A stretch of DNA of 64,000 nucleotides from Camelus ferus (Eukaryota): the NCBI RefSeq assembly GCF_009834535.1, contig NC_045696.1:82090001-82154000 (forward strand), read 5' to 3'. The translations under genes were made by a program, and so were the position numbers. Shown in pieces: positions 51,301 to 63,960 of this stretch. The notes under the pieces are model-generated. The model made no database searches. It was not told the DNA's origin and saw only the letters and a program-made list of their open reading frames with translations. Every line of letters begins with the position of its first letter. Positions within the stretch are counted from its first letter, which is position 1.

Positions 51301-52714
51301 GGGCGCTCCTAAAAGGATCCAATCAACCTGCTGGCCTGGCGGTTACCAAACACCTCAGCCTCTAAATGGACTTTCAACCCAATAAGGCAGTCCACCTGCA
51401 GGATCGCCCTTGGCCCATTTCCCTTCTCACGCAGGGGTGCATGCACACCTACACGGGCAGTTCTAGTGACAGAGCCCTCAAAACAGCACCTGATATCTCC
51501 GCAAAGCCACTCTACAAGGCTCCATCCGTATTTCCTCTTCCCGTCCTCCACCTCACCCCCCCCCCCAACTGCTGTGAACACTCAAAATTCAGGGAAAGGA
51601 AACAAAGATCTAAACAGAAGCTTCCACTATAACAAAACTCCAGATTATAGGGAGAGGTGACAGCATCTGTCCCACAACCCTTAGGCAAAAGTTTCAAGAT
51701 AAGGAAACTAGGCCACCCTTGGACTTGTACAACAGAAGCCTCTCAAAGGCTGGACGAGGGCACACCCACTCCTCACGCCTGCAGGGCTTTCCCACAGGGC
51801 TTGGCCTCAGCCGCATGTAGGACAGATGTGTCACTAGCGGGAGGGGTGGGCAGAGGAGTGAGAGGGTAGTACCTTCTGGGTTCCCCTCAGAGCAGCTACA
51901 GAGAGCCAGCCCACAAGCTCAGGAGCCATCTGGACCCCAGTGTCAGGCTGCTTAAAGAGAAATGGCTTCTTGGTGCCCCATCCCCACAGGACACTCTGGG
52001 AACCCCCAGGGGACACAAGACCACGGTCCCACTCACAAAGAGCCAGTGTTGGGATCTGCGCGGCACTCCTTTTCTCTGCTGCGGGTGCCCACACAAGCAC
52101 TCCATTTTTGTGGTACTGCAGGGGTAGTAAACTATAACTTCTACATAAATGAGAAAAGCAGACAGGGTGAGAGAAAAATGACATACCTTGTATCTTCTGT
52201 CATAGAAGCTCTGCAGAGTAAACACGAGCATCTTCATTCTCTCTGAGGAATATGCTCTTTCCCATTTTTCTTGGGACAAGAGCCCTCAACCTCTCTTTTG
52301 TAATCCCATTTTGGGGAGATACACACAGAGAAAGACCTCTTACTGTTAAAAACAACAATGCAAGTGCGATGGTCCCCTGCCTCAAGGATGGGGGACACGG
52401 TAGGGAGTGGTGGAGACCAGGGGGAACAGGAAGACATTACCCTTCCCTGGAGATAAGGCTGCTCTGGTACTTGTTTTCGGGAATTCTTCAGGGCAGAATA
52501 TTTGATATCTCCCAGTTTTTAATGTTGGGTCAGTTTGGTTTTGTTTGTAAACTCTGTGCCGACCTGTTGGTTGGATGTGGTGCAGGCCCCCAGACTGTAA
52601 CCCGCGCAGTTGAGTGTGGCAGAAAGATAGGTTGCCTAGATGAACTAACCAACTCCTGCTGACGGTAGCCCTGCTGTCTGCTAGAGTTTGGAACAGCACA
52701 GAGGCTGGAAAGAA

Positions 52715-52890
52715 TGTAAACACTAAGATCCAACAGATCCTGAATCTGAATCCTGGCTCTGCTTTACCAGCTGCCAGACCTCAAGTGAACTACTAACCTC
52801 TCTTAGCTTAACAATTTCACCTGCAAAATGGGCTGATAACACTTCACTCAGAGAACTTTGCGAGAATTAAAAACATGTGTGTGAAGGCTA
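52715..52890 (+). mobile_element. MIR SINE
   Basis: 'tctgaatcctggctctgc...aacctctcttagctt...cacctgcaaaatgggctgataacac...gagaattaaa'. Confidence 0.7.
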
Positions 52891-55299
52891 CTTGCACTCT
52901 TCAAGAATGTGACATTTCCTTCCCCCATATCTCTAAAGAAACAACCTGAGAAGGCTTACCTTCTTTAGATTTCAATGTTCTCATCTGTTAAAAACTAAAA
53001 TAAGCCTCCAGCACTGCGGCTCCACTGCACAGGATGGGACGAAGTGATGGAGATGAGAGCAGAGTGCTAACAAATGAGGAGTGGAGTATTGACTGGACTG
53101 CCAACACCCTTTCCTCTCACTTCCAGGCCAGCAAAGCTGCCTGTAATTTGCTTTTCTAATGTGTTTATACCCTTTCATAACGTGATGTGGGGAGAAGGTG
53201 GTGTCACATTTGTGGTAATTCCTTAAAATGGCTATTAGCAGTCAGCTCTCTAGAGTCCAATTCCACCATCCTCTCACAGAGGAGAGCAAACAGAAGGTCA
53301 CTGCCTGGTCACTTAAGGGCCTGGCAAGTTTCTTTTCTCTCTCCATGCTCTTGTTTTAGAGAACTGAGGTAGAAAATGAAGTCACTGAACAGTGGCTTAT
53401 TTCTTTTATTCACATGGAGAAAACTAAGCCACAAGCAGAACAATTTCCCTTAAGTGCCAACATGAATTTACTGTGAAATTTTCCAACTGTAAGGGGATTG
53501 TTGTTGGTTCTCTCATTTCCCCACGCACAGTGAGGAAACCGGGATGTGCTCTGGTAGCTCCTCAATGGAATCTGACTTAAAGCATCTTTACAACTTTTAT
53601 TCTAGCAAACCTACACGGGCAAGGTCTAGGCTGAGGGGTTTCAGCTAACACTTCAACTTTCAGCTCTCACAGATACAATTTACTTGGCTTGTTTTCTCTT
53701 AAAAGCAAAGAGGCATTAAAATCAGTTCTACAGAAGTTACAAAGAAATGTGGGTTTATCATTCAGGATATGCCTTCCCTTCCTCCCTCTATTGAACTTTA
53801 ATAGCTCCCTCATACGATCATCACTTTTCCAAATTACTAATCAGGCACAACAGAATGAGTAGGAATTACATGATAAATCCAGAGCGGGGGAAATAAGCAA
53901 GTTGGATAAACATATAGATATTACTTCCCACATCTCTCCTCTTGAGAGCAGGGTTCTTGAAAAAGAATGTGCAGAAATTTTAGAAGTCAGTTCTTTGCTA
54001 AATATTTACGTGTCACGATGCCCGAAGCAAACAAGGTAAGGATATGAAAAAGGCCACACACAGAAAAGATCTCTTTCAGGTAATAAGTAGATCTCCATTC
54101 ACCTTACGATTTGTTTTCATAACATAGACTTTTTATTGATGTATACAGTGCTTCCACTTCCTAAGTGTGTATGGGAGCGTTCATTTCTCTGAACTCTGGT
54201 TTTTGATGAGCATAACTTGGAAAGGATTGGGGCAGTTCAGAAAAACTGCTAACACATTTTACACAACCTATCCGTTTGGAGATAACTCAATCTCCAGGCT
54301 TGCTAATACCCTTTGATGAAAACAAAAAAGCTGACCCAGCATCCACCTGCATCAACTTGATCCTCTCAGCTCTGTCACACTCAGCAAACGCTCTATGCCT
54401 TTGGAACAAAATAAAGCGGCACCCCCCAAGGAAGGAGAAAAAGAAGACTTGTTACGAGTCTAGAGAAGCGGTCTTTACGCCTAATTAACAAAGAGTGAGG
54501 GTCTGTGGCAGGCTTTGAATCTAGACTCACTTGTGTGACCTTCCAAATCTATCTTCTGCAAAAAGGTGGTGGCGTTACTTTTAAAGGAAAATGCCAAACA
54601 TACAAAAGTCGAGTCAATAGTACAAGGCAGTCCATACCCCCTACCCTTCCTTCATCCAGCTTCAATCAGGAACAACTCACAGCCAATCTCCCTTCAGCTT
54701 GTCCCCTCTGACTTCTCCACTAGCAGCCCTCCCCAAAACTGGATTATTTTGAAGCAAATCCCCAACCTATATTTCAAATTTAGTATGTATTTCTAAAAGA
54801 TAAAGGTTAAAAAAAATCATGTTACCAAAAGTAACTAAACAAAACTAATATTCTTAATACTATCAAATAACCAGTAGATATCCTCTACCAGCACAATTTT
54901 TTAAAACTTTTTTCATCAAATCAGGATCCAACCAAGGTTTACACATCATATTGTCGCCTTATGTCTCTTAAATAGTTTCTAAACCACAGGTTCCCCGTCC
55001 TTGTGATTCTCATAGAAGCCATGCTGGTCCTCACCTGCAGTTCTCAATAATTCTATTCTAGAGATACCACAAAGAAACTCCAGTCTTAGAGGCTGTCCAA
55101 AAAATATGTAAATAATGTATATGTGAATTAATCGTTTTACAATTAAAGCAGCTTAAAGAAAACCAGAAAAGCACAAGCGAAATAATCTGACCTGAAGCAA
55201 TCAGCAATTCTGAGATCCAAACACTTTCACCTGTCCTTTGCAATTCTGATCTGAGTGGGTTTATCCCTGGGGTTTAAGCAACACCCTCGTCCCACTTAC

Positions 55300-55424
55300 C
55301 GAGTCATTTGCACAAGGAGGGGCGAAGCAAGCAAGTTTCCTCCCAGCTGGACCTTATTCTGCAGGCGGGGTCCTCGAGGTCGCCTTCGGAATGCCGGGAA
55401 GGGCAGGCTACATCCCGAAGTCAC
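55300..55424 (-). other. GPR160: Predicted GPR160 non-coding exon 2 (125 nt)
   Basis: On the - strand: acceptor 'ccttttctcacctgggcag|' and donor 'TCG|gtaagt'. Confidence 0.65.
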
Positions 55425-55559
55425 CTGCCCAGGTGAGAAAAGGCACTTCGCTGAGCCAACAAATTCCGGAGGGCGGTCCCAGGTAATTTACAAGGAATTT
55501 TGAGCCACCCAGGCTGGTCACTGAGAAACGAACCAGAACGCCACAGTCTCCGAGAACAA

Positions 55560-56500
55560 ACAGCCCTGAAAAACTCTCAGGCTTAATCCCAGTGCCCGGC
55601 GCGCGCGGGGTCACGGTCCCCAACGCCCGAGGGCCAGGAGAGGGGACGCAAAGTCCGCCCCAACGAATACACGAGCGTGTGTGTCTGACTACGCCCACCT
55701 CGGTGTGCCACGAAGGAAAGTTACATACACTATTTTTATAACATCACCTGTTTAGTGATGTTTAACAGCATCTCCCCCGGAAAGGGGATGCGAGTGTCTG
55801 GGTTAGCGTATAAGCCCAACCCAGGTCGCCAGGTTTCATCCCCGCTACCTCACCCCTAGGGCCTCAATCCCAGGACAACCCCCCAGCCGGAGCGCTCAGC
55901 CTCAGGCGTCCTCCGCTTTCAGCCCAGGGAGCCCACCCACCCCAAGATCTCTTAAGCAGTCGAGAACCCCAGCCACTGAGTCCGTAGGAGGGACATTCCT
56001 CTCCCAGTAATACACAGAGCGTCCACCCGGGAAGCAGGAGCGGCGCGGTGCCGTAAGTCCTCCCGTGCCTGGGCCGGGGAAGCAACGGCGAGGCTCCAGG
56101 CGCAGGTCCCCGCAACTCACCCGAGGTGCGGTAGCTCTCGGCTTGCGCTCGGCGTCCCCAGCGCTGAGCGCCCGACCAGACGCCGCCTGGACACCTGCTG
56201 CGCCCGGCCCCAGGTGACCAGGGACGGGCGAGGGCGGCGAGCACTATCCCACGAACCCCGCAGCAACGCCGCGGCGGCTCCGCCCGCGGCGACCAGGAAG
56301 TGCGGACGCAGACCATTCAGCGCACAAGCCCCGCCGCGACCCCAGCGGGAGACGGGCCCGAGGGCGCCGCCTACGGGCGGGGCGGCTAGAGGCGGGGTGG
56401 AGGCTGGCATGGGGGACGCCGGGAGGGTGTAGGGTGGAAGACGCGGGGACGGCGAGGAGGGTCCCCCGGCACTTAGACCCCTTTCCGCAGGCCGAGAATT
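55560..56500 (-). promoter_or_regulatory. GPR160: CpG island / GPR160 promoter
   Basis: Dense CpG, overlapping GC boxes GGGCGGGGCGG (56375-56385), ETS motif CAGGAAGTG (56294-56302), no TATA box. Confidence 0.88.
56121..56330 (-). other. GPR160: Predicted GPR160 non-coding exon 1 (transcription start approximate)
   Basis: Donor 'CGG|gtgagt' (actcac at 56115-56120) inside the CpG island, downstream of the GC boxes. Confidence 0.7.
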
Positions 56501-57693
56501 GAGACACCCCCACCCCCACCCCTGACCAAGGAGCTAGCATCTCCCCAGCTGGGTAGGCAGGAGGCCACTGGCAGTTGTCTTCAGATGAGGGTACACGCAT
56601 GGAGACAGAACTTGATCCGTGCACTAAACCGCCTGTAGTGCAGTATGAATTCACATTTTAAAATAAAAATCTGCAAGTAGCATATCTGCAGATAACACAC
56701 TTATATTGCAATGCCTTTTTTATGTCAACAGTACTAATTTGTTATATTTATTCAACAAATATTTGTTGAGCACCTATGACTTGCCAATTATTTAAACATT
56801 TAAAACTTGGCACAATTTCCTCTTCCTCCTTTTCTTGAAGAGCCTGGTACAAGGGGAGTGGCCTGGGCCTTTCTTAACCTCCCAAAATGCCTTTACTGGT
56901 CTTACAAGTAATGTACCAAACCAGCCCAAGGGCGTAAAACTGAACAGTGATAGAAGTTAAGTGTGGGCTGTTAGGGGGCCCAGGAGCGGCATGATCTAAC
57001 TTGAGGAGGTCAGAGAGAAACTTCTGGAGAAAGGGAGAGGTGTGCTGAGTCCTAAAGACTACAGGATTTACCAGGATGTGAAGTATTTCAGCCAAGATTC
57101 CACCAGGAGCAAAGCCAGAAGCTGAAAGCTAGGCAGAGTGCATGTTCAGATAGAGAAATAGCACGTGAGTCAATATAGCTGAGGAGAGGATGTAAGCTGA
57201 GTTAGAGCAGGAGTCGTATGGGCCAGAACACGCTCCTATCAAAAATAACAGCTGCCATCTGTGGAGTGTATAGTATAAAACAGGAGCTGGACGTGCATCA
57301 CTTCAAGCTACATGGTAGGGTTATTACTCCTCTTTAAAGAAGAGGAAAAGGAGGACTAGGAAGGTGAGGTGCCTTGCTAGTGACAGGGCTGGGAGGAGGT
57401 GACACTGAAGAGCTAGCCTGCACTCTTAATGATTCTTTCCAGTCCAATCTAGGAGAATGAATTGTTTTCAAATGTTCTCAGCATCCTCAAGTATCCTCAG
57501 GTGCCCACTACTCTGTATCCCAAAGCCTGTGTCAACAACTGCTCTCAGACCCCTCCTGTCTAGAACAGATTCAGAGCATATATATGGCTGTGCATACCAG
57601 ACTCTTTCCTGAAGGGAAATCAGTTTCAGGGGCTGGTAGAGGGACTGGGGCAGAGCCTTTCCTTGTTCCCCAATATCCATTCTCTCCTCCATC

Positions 57694-58063
57694 TGTTACG
57701 CAGTCAGATAGAAATGAGCACTGGGCAGGGGGAGAGGGAGGGGAAAGGAACAACCCAGAACACACAAGGAACCTGAGCTGTCAATCAGCTTGATCACTCA
57801 AAGAACCTGAGCTGTTAATCAATCAATCACAAAAAAACAATCTAAGTCAGGATATAAGATGGAAAAACAAAGGAGCGGCGCCATTTTTCCTCTCTTGGAT
57901 TGGCCCGCTCCCAGTTCTCGGAAGTGTACTATCTTATACTACTTTTTTACTTTACTAATAAAAATCTTGCTTATATCATGGTTTCTGTCTCTCGTTCAAA
58001 ATTCTTTTTTTGGGGGGGTGACTAAGAACTGAGGTAATTCTTACTTCCCTTTTCCCAGTAACA
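57694..58063 (+). mobile_element. Intact 370-bp solo ERV LTR
   Basis: TGTTAC...GTAACA inverted termini, 4-bp TSD catc (57690-57693 and 58064-58067), TATAA at 57853, AATAAA at 57957-57962. Confidence 0.9.
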
Positions 58064-58229
58064 CATCCATAATAATAGAATTGAAGCTGAGCCCAGGGCT
58101 GCTTAGAACAAAGACTACCTTCCGTGCCTCTTGCAGCAAAATACATCAGCAGTGGCGCCCAAAGTCCTTAGAATCCACTTGATCCAGTGGCACTTCTGAG
58201 GCAGCTGTTTCTCCCCCAACGTCCTTGAT

Positions 58230-58650
58230 CTATCAGATATTCTTCATGGGGCACACCCTTCTTACCTCCTCAGTCCATTCCTCCTCCTTCCTTTCTAAAA
58301 GAACCCAGGATTTTGTCCAAGGAGGCAACCCGTGGAGCCAAAACACTCGCCTTCCCAGACGTCCTTGTTGGGCTGTCACGTGACTCGATTCCAGCCACTG
58401 AGGTGAAGGAAGTTGCTCAGGTTTTTTGTGCTCCTGACCTGGGCACCAACGCTTTTCTCCTCCTGTTTTATTCCGGGAACTTGGAAGGGGACTAGCCGTT
58501 TTATGGCCACAGGGCAACACACAAAATGAGCAACACCTACTGCAGACTGCCCAGCTCCAGACTTCTTGTTACGTGAGAAAAATAATCCCCTTATTTGTTT
58601 ACAGCACTCTTGGTTAAGGTTTGTTGCAAGCAATTGAATATAATCCAAAT
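58230..58650 (+). mobile_element. MaLR LTR (MLT1K-like)
   Basis: 'ccagacttcttgttacgtgagaaaaataatcccctta...tttgttgcaagca'. Confidence 0.6.
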
Positions 58651-58699
58651 GGATACACTTTCTTTCTTAAGAAAAGTCTCAAAAATCAATCCAGCCAAC

Positions 58700-58910
58700 T
58701 CTACCGAATACAGCGTGCTAGCAGAATGAGGGTGGGATTTGGCATGAGACAATCCGAGTATGACTTTCAGCTCTTCCATTTGTTTAGCTAATGACCTTGG
58801 ACAATTTTGAGAAATTAGATTACGTATTGAAAAAATTAGAAATTGTTGTAAAAACACAAGGCACAGTGCTTCCTGGCATGTGGTGAGTGAGTAATAAATG
58901 ATCAGTTTTT
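58700..58910 (+). mobile_element. Degenerate MIR
   Basis: 'tgaccttggacaa...cagtgcttcctggcatgtggtgagtg...ataaatg'. Confidence 0.5.
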
Positions 58911-59574
58911 AACCTCCACCAAAGAGATGCCTGACCAATATGTAAATTCACAATCACATATCCACTTCCCAGTTTCACCCCTTAGACAACTCTATTCAGA
59001 CCTTAGATGCTTTGTAACAGCAAAGTCAAACTTAAAAGTTACAGTAAAAACCAGCCCTTGTTTCCTCATTTCCTGGACTATATATACTTTACCGAAAATT
59101 TTAAAAAGGAAAAGAATAGAAGCCCATGCTTTGTAGTGGCCAGTCATGAATTACTGGCACACTAGTTCAGCAGGTACATGTGCATATTTTTGTTTGACTC
59201 TAACTCTTTTTTAAATAAGGAACTCCAATTTCATTGCTGCTAGGTTTGTATTTTTAATTGCCAAACAAGATGTTTTCATGGTCCCAAAACATGCTTTTGT
59301 TGAAACTACAGCAAATATCCCTCTATGCTGAATTGACTAACATTAAAAATGAGTACTATTCACTTAGACTTTAATTTTAAAAATAACACATTCTTTCAAT
59401 CACTACAGAAGTTTTTAAGTTAGAAAAAAAAGATGTGCCATAATTTATTTAACCTGCCTTCTTTTAATGGACATTTAGGTTAACTCTAGTTTATCTCAAT
59501 TACAGGCAACACTGCCTTGAACATCTTTGCCCCTACACTTTTGCACGTTTGTGTAATCTGACTACTTCTCCCCA

Positions 59575-60020
59575 CTTCACTGCTTCCTCCCCAGATCCAA
59601 GCCACAACCCACCTCTTGACTGGATTGTTGGAATAGCCTCCTGAATGGTGCTCTGTGTTTGACCTTGTCCTCCTTCAGCCCATCTGCAGCGCAGCAGCTG
59701 GAACAGTCATTTGAGAATGTAGGTCAGATGTTCTCTCTCTCTGGTCAAAATTTTCCAGTGGCTTCCCTCTCATTCAGTAAAAGCCAAAGCCCTTACAATA
59801 GCCTGTAAAGCTACACTGTCCCCCTCTGTGGCCATTACCTCTTGGAACCATCTCCTCCCACACTCCACTCTCTGCTCAGCCACAAGAGGTTCCTTGGTGG
59901 TTGGTTGGTTTGTTTTAATATGCCAGGTAGGCTTCTGCCTCAGGGCCTTTATACTTCCTGTCTCTTTTTGGAACTTTCTTCTTCCAAATAACCCATGACT
60001 TAATCCTTCACCTTTTTCAG
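59575..60020 (+). mobile_element. LINE-2 3' fragment
   Basis: 'aatagcctcctgaatggt...ccagtggcttccc...aaaagccaaagcccttaca...gcctcagggcctttatactt'. Confidence 0.75.
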
Positions 60021-60034
60021 GTTTTTGTTTTTAA

Positions 60035-60260
60035 TGGTTAACATTTATGGAGAGGTTAACATGGGCCAGCATCTGGTTCTAAGTGTTTTACTTGTATTAC
60101 TTCATTTAATCCTTACAACCGCCTTAATTTTATGATCCCCATTTTATAGATGAGGAATATGAGGCACAGAGAAGTGAAAAATAATTTGCCCAAGACACAC
60201 AGCTTGTAAAGAACAGAACCAGGATGTTAAGTGTTCAGAGCCTCTACACTTTACCATACT
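60035..60260 (-). mobile_element. MIR SINE
   Basis: 'catttaatccttacaac...ccccattttatagatgagga...gaggcacagagaagtgaaaataatttgcccaag'. Confidence 0.8.
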
Positions 60261-60554
60261 TGTGGTAAACGGAGAACCTCTCAGGAACCACTGACATCCT
60301 TTCTGTTTGCTATAATCTTGCTCAAGATCTGAACAGCCACATTTCTTCATAGCCTGGATTTGGGAAGTTGTATTTACTTCCTTGTTTGTAGATGGACTTG
60401 TCTAAGCTTTTTATTGTTGTTCTTTGTGTTCATTTCAGTGGCTTTCCTGGAGAAGCCCAGCATCATACACACTGTACTTCAACTTTGCCAGAAATCTTTA
60501 GTAGCATTATTTTCAAGAAAATTGCAAAGTAGCTGTTAATTCCCCTACCCTGGG

Positions 60555-60872
60555 CTCTGTCCAATACAGAAGCCACTCATCACTTACAAATATGAATGAA
60601 GTCCTTAAAATATTGGTAGTCCAATTTGAGATATGTTGTACCTATAAAATATATACTGCATTTCAAAGACTTGGTACAAAAGAAATAATGTAAAATATCT
60701 GGAAAACAATTGTTTATATTGAAACTGTATTAAAATAATAACATTTTGTATATATTAGGTTAAAGAAATATAATACTAAAATTAATTACACTTGTTTCTT
60801 CTTTTTACACTGTGACTACTAAAAAATGCAAAATTATGCAGGTGGCTCACATATTTTGACTGGACAGTGCTG
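60555..60872. mobile_element. MER33-like hAT MITE
   Basis: Inverted termini 'ctgtccaata'...'ctggacagtgctg' around an AT-rich interior. Confidence 0.75.
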
Positions 60873-62013
60873 CTCTGGGGTTTCCTTTCCTGCAGCAATG
60901 GTTTAGGGAAGTCCAGGAGGCAATATAGATCCACAAAGACGTGACTTAATTACACTGGTGGCGAACATGCTGGGGTGGGGGGGGACAAGAGGCAGAGGTG
61001 TTATACTCAAGATACTTGACAGGCAGACCCACCACATTCCCTTGTCCACAGCGAAATTTTGCCCACCTGGTGCGTTATTACCTGCCCGTGCAAATGCCCA
61101 TAATCCACGCCAGTTTTCTGTGGTCAAAACCACACAGCCTGTTCCTCTTGTTTCTGTTTTGTCAGGTACGTTGCTGACAAAGTCATGTTTATTTATTCTA
61201 TTGACCCCATACATTCTACACTTTACCAGCAGAACACAGCATTCAAAATATTCCCGAACATGTTTGCTTCAAGATAAAACAGGAGGGGTAGAAGTCGATG
61301 GCAATATAAATGAAACAGATCGGCTGTGAGTTGATCATTGTTGAAGCAGGGTGATGGGTACAGGCAGGTTTATTATACTATTTGATCTACTTTGGTATAT
61401 GATTGAATTTTTCCTTAATAAAAAATTTAAAACAAATTCCCAGGTATGCATAATTAATACAAAATCTCTTTTCATGGTTCAGGGTCCAAAAATGTAATTT
61501 CCCGTAACAATTTCTCTTTTTGAAAATATAATAAATTTCCTTTTGGTCAGCACCCACCTGTGGGAGGTAAGCAGGCAAGATACAGTGTACAGTGATGGAG
61601 ACAATGCAGAGCTTTCAAGTTGCCTGAGAAAACAGCCTAAGTTCATGGCAAGCAGTAGCTTCACAACTTGAGAGTTTCCGGTTTATACATTTTTTATAGG
61701 AAAGGTTTGGTACAAAGTCCAGATTCAGTGGTTAGCGCCTTGGGCCCACAGGAACCTGGCTTTATCAGTTTTTTTAACAGCTGCTATTTTTCCGTGAAAG
61801 TGCACACATAGCTTCTGACACCAGAGCACGGGGTGGAAAGTGCAGATGAATCGAGAAGTGTTCTTTATTGTATTTTTCCCTACAGCAGTACTCAAAGATT
61901 ACTTGTTCGCCCCAGCATAGAGTGTCGGGGTGCTCCCCTTGAAGTTAGACTCCCTGGTTTCAAATCCTGGGTGACTTAGAGTTACCTAAGTTTTTAATGC
62001 CTTGGTAGTTTTT

Positions 62014-62115
62014 TGGGTTTTTTTAAATTCTTTTAATGGAGGTACTGGGAATTCAACGCAGTACCTTGTGCATACTAAGTATGTGGTCCACCAACTGAAC
62101 TATATACCCCACCCA
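62014..62115 (-). mobile_element. Camelid-type SINE inserted in a MIR (~61940-62260)
   Basis: Perfect 15-bp TSD gccttggtagttttt at 61999-62013 and 62116-62130. Confidence 0.88.
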
Positions 62116-62599
62116 GCCTTGGTAGTTTTTAAAATACACCTGTAAAATGGGAATAATGAGGCATATCTCAAAGGGTGTTGTAAGGATTAAAGGAAATCAT
62201 GTGTGAAATATGCTTTACACTATACCTGGCCCAAAGGAAGGACCCAGTAAATAGTAGCTGTTGTTTTTACAGCAAACTCCTGCTTATTCTTAGGTGTTTG
62301 ACACTTTACAGATTGTCTAAATAATTAAATATTCTGGCTCCTACATGTAAAACATGAGAAGTGTTTACCAAGTTTTAGATAGTTAAGTGACTGTCTCTTC
62401 CACTAGACTCAGCTCTCTAGGTGTAGGACCCATGTATTATTCACTTTCATCCTCAGGGTCTGGCAGAGTGCAGCTCACAGTCTTTAAAAAAAGTCACATT
62501 GAATATAACAAAATACACGGACAGTTGAAGGTCTGAGCATTGCTTTTATGATTATAAAACGTTTAGGACACTGGTCTATAAGCAATTTACATGAAGTGG

Positions 62600-63600
62600 G
62601 TATGGTGTTTGTGTTTACCTTTCTTGGAGACCTCATTCAACAGACACTTATTAGGTACCTCCTGTAAGGAAGGGATTGTGGGCTGGGTGCCTCACCGGGG
62701 AATAAGGCAGACACAGCTCCTATGCCCAGAGTTTGTGTTTAACAGGGGAGACACCTTTGCATGACTACTTACAAAATTACATAAGTATAAATGGAGGAGA
62801 AGCACGGGACTGAGAGAGCAGACAAGGGGCACTGAGCCCTAGCCTAGGGGCCTCTTGAGAAGTCATGTGCAGGGTGACAGACAGAGCAGGAAAAGTTGAA
62901 GCTGAGCAAAGAGAGTGAAAGAGGATAAAGGACTGGCTTTCTGGGCACTGAATACAGCCCAGCCAGGATCGTAAGGAGACAACATAAAATGTTGGAGGAA
63001 CCGAGAGAAGGATGGTTTGACTGGGTCTGGGGAGGGGGAACAGCAAATTGTGATCTGCAGTTGAAGTCAGCAGGGATCAGATCATGGCAAGCCACTGAAG
63101 GATTTAGAATTTCATTCTGAATGCATGAAAAGACCCCCCACCAAAAGCTGTGACTTCTAGAATTTGCTTCAAATGATTCAAGAATTTTGGAGAAAGTGGG
63201 TGGAGTATATATGAGACAAAGTTGATTATTGTTGAAACTGTGTGATGGGTACATGGAAGTTTATTAAGCTCTCTATTTTGTAAATATTTAAAATTTTCAA
63301 AAAAAAAAAAATCCCTCCAGCTACAGTGAAGAGAAAGAATTGAGAACAGATGTGAAGAGACCTGACTTGGCTATAGAACAGGTGAAAAAGAAGACAGTCT
63401 TGAACTAAGGCAGTAGCAGTAGAATTTGAGGGACGTGAATAGATTCTAGTGAAAATTAAAAACTTGAATAGATAGAATTTGGTGATTGATTATATGTAAG
63501 GGAGAGAAGGAGGGAGATATGAATGACTCTTTGTCTTCTGGTTTGAGCAGTTAGGTGGAGAAGCTCTCATGAGAATGTGTGGCCTGCAAAGGGAAGGTTC
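62600..63600 (-). mobile_element. Decayed LINE-2 fragments with a short L1 3' piece (~63150-63310)
   Basis: 'cattcaacagacacttattaggtacct', 'ttgaactaaggcagtagcagt', 'ggtgattgattatatgt'. Confidence 0.6.
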
Positions 63601-63759
63601 AGGTATAGTCTTAATACTTCCTCCCAACTCTATCTACCACCTCAAGCTTTAATGTAATTCAACAAACATGTGCTGCCTTCCTACCATGTGTTAGGCACTA
63701 TATTGGGAGATGTGGAGTAGGCTAAAGAGGAACATGCAGTTATAAATACAGGATACCAT

Positions 63760-63960
63760 TAACTGAGTGTCTGTGATGGGAGAGGCATTTTGCATACATT
63801 ACCCATAATCCTCACAGCATCCCTGCAAAGTAGGTATTATTAGGCCCATTTTATAGATGAGGAAACTGAGGTCTGGAGAGCTTATGTAACTTGCCAAAAG
63901 TCACAGCAGGTGTGAGATGGAAGTCGAGTCAATTTTTTTGTGATCTTTCCAGTGTATGAT
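63760..63960 (-). mobile_element. MIR SINE
   Basis: MIR core 'cccattttatagatgaggaaactgaggtc...aacttgccaaaagtcacag'. Confidence 0.85.

Noticed and set aside
55864..56654. Overlapping Arg/Gly/Pro-rich ORFs
   Set aside because: Expected in a CpG island. Only the spliced uORF possibility is retained.
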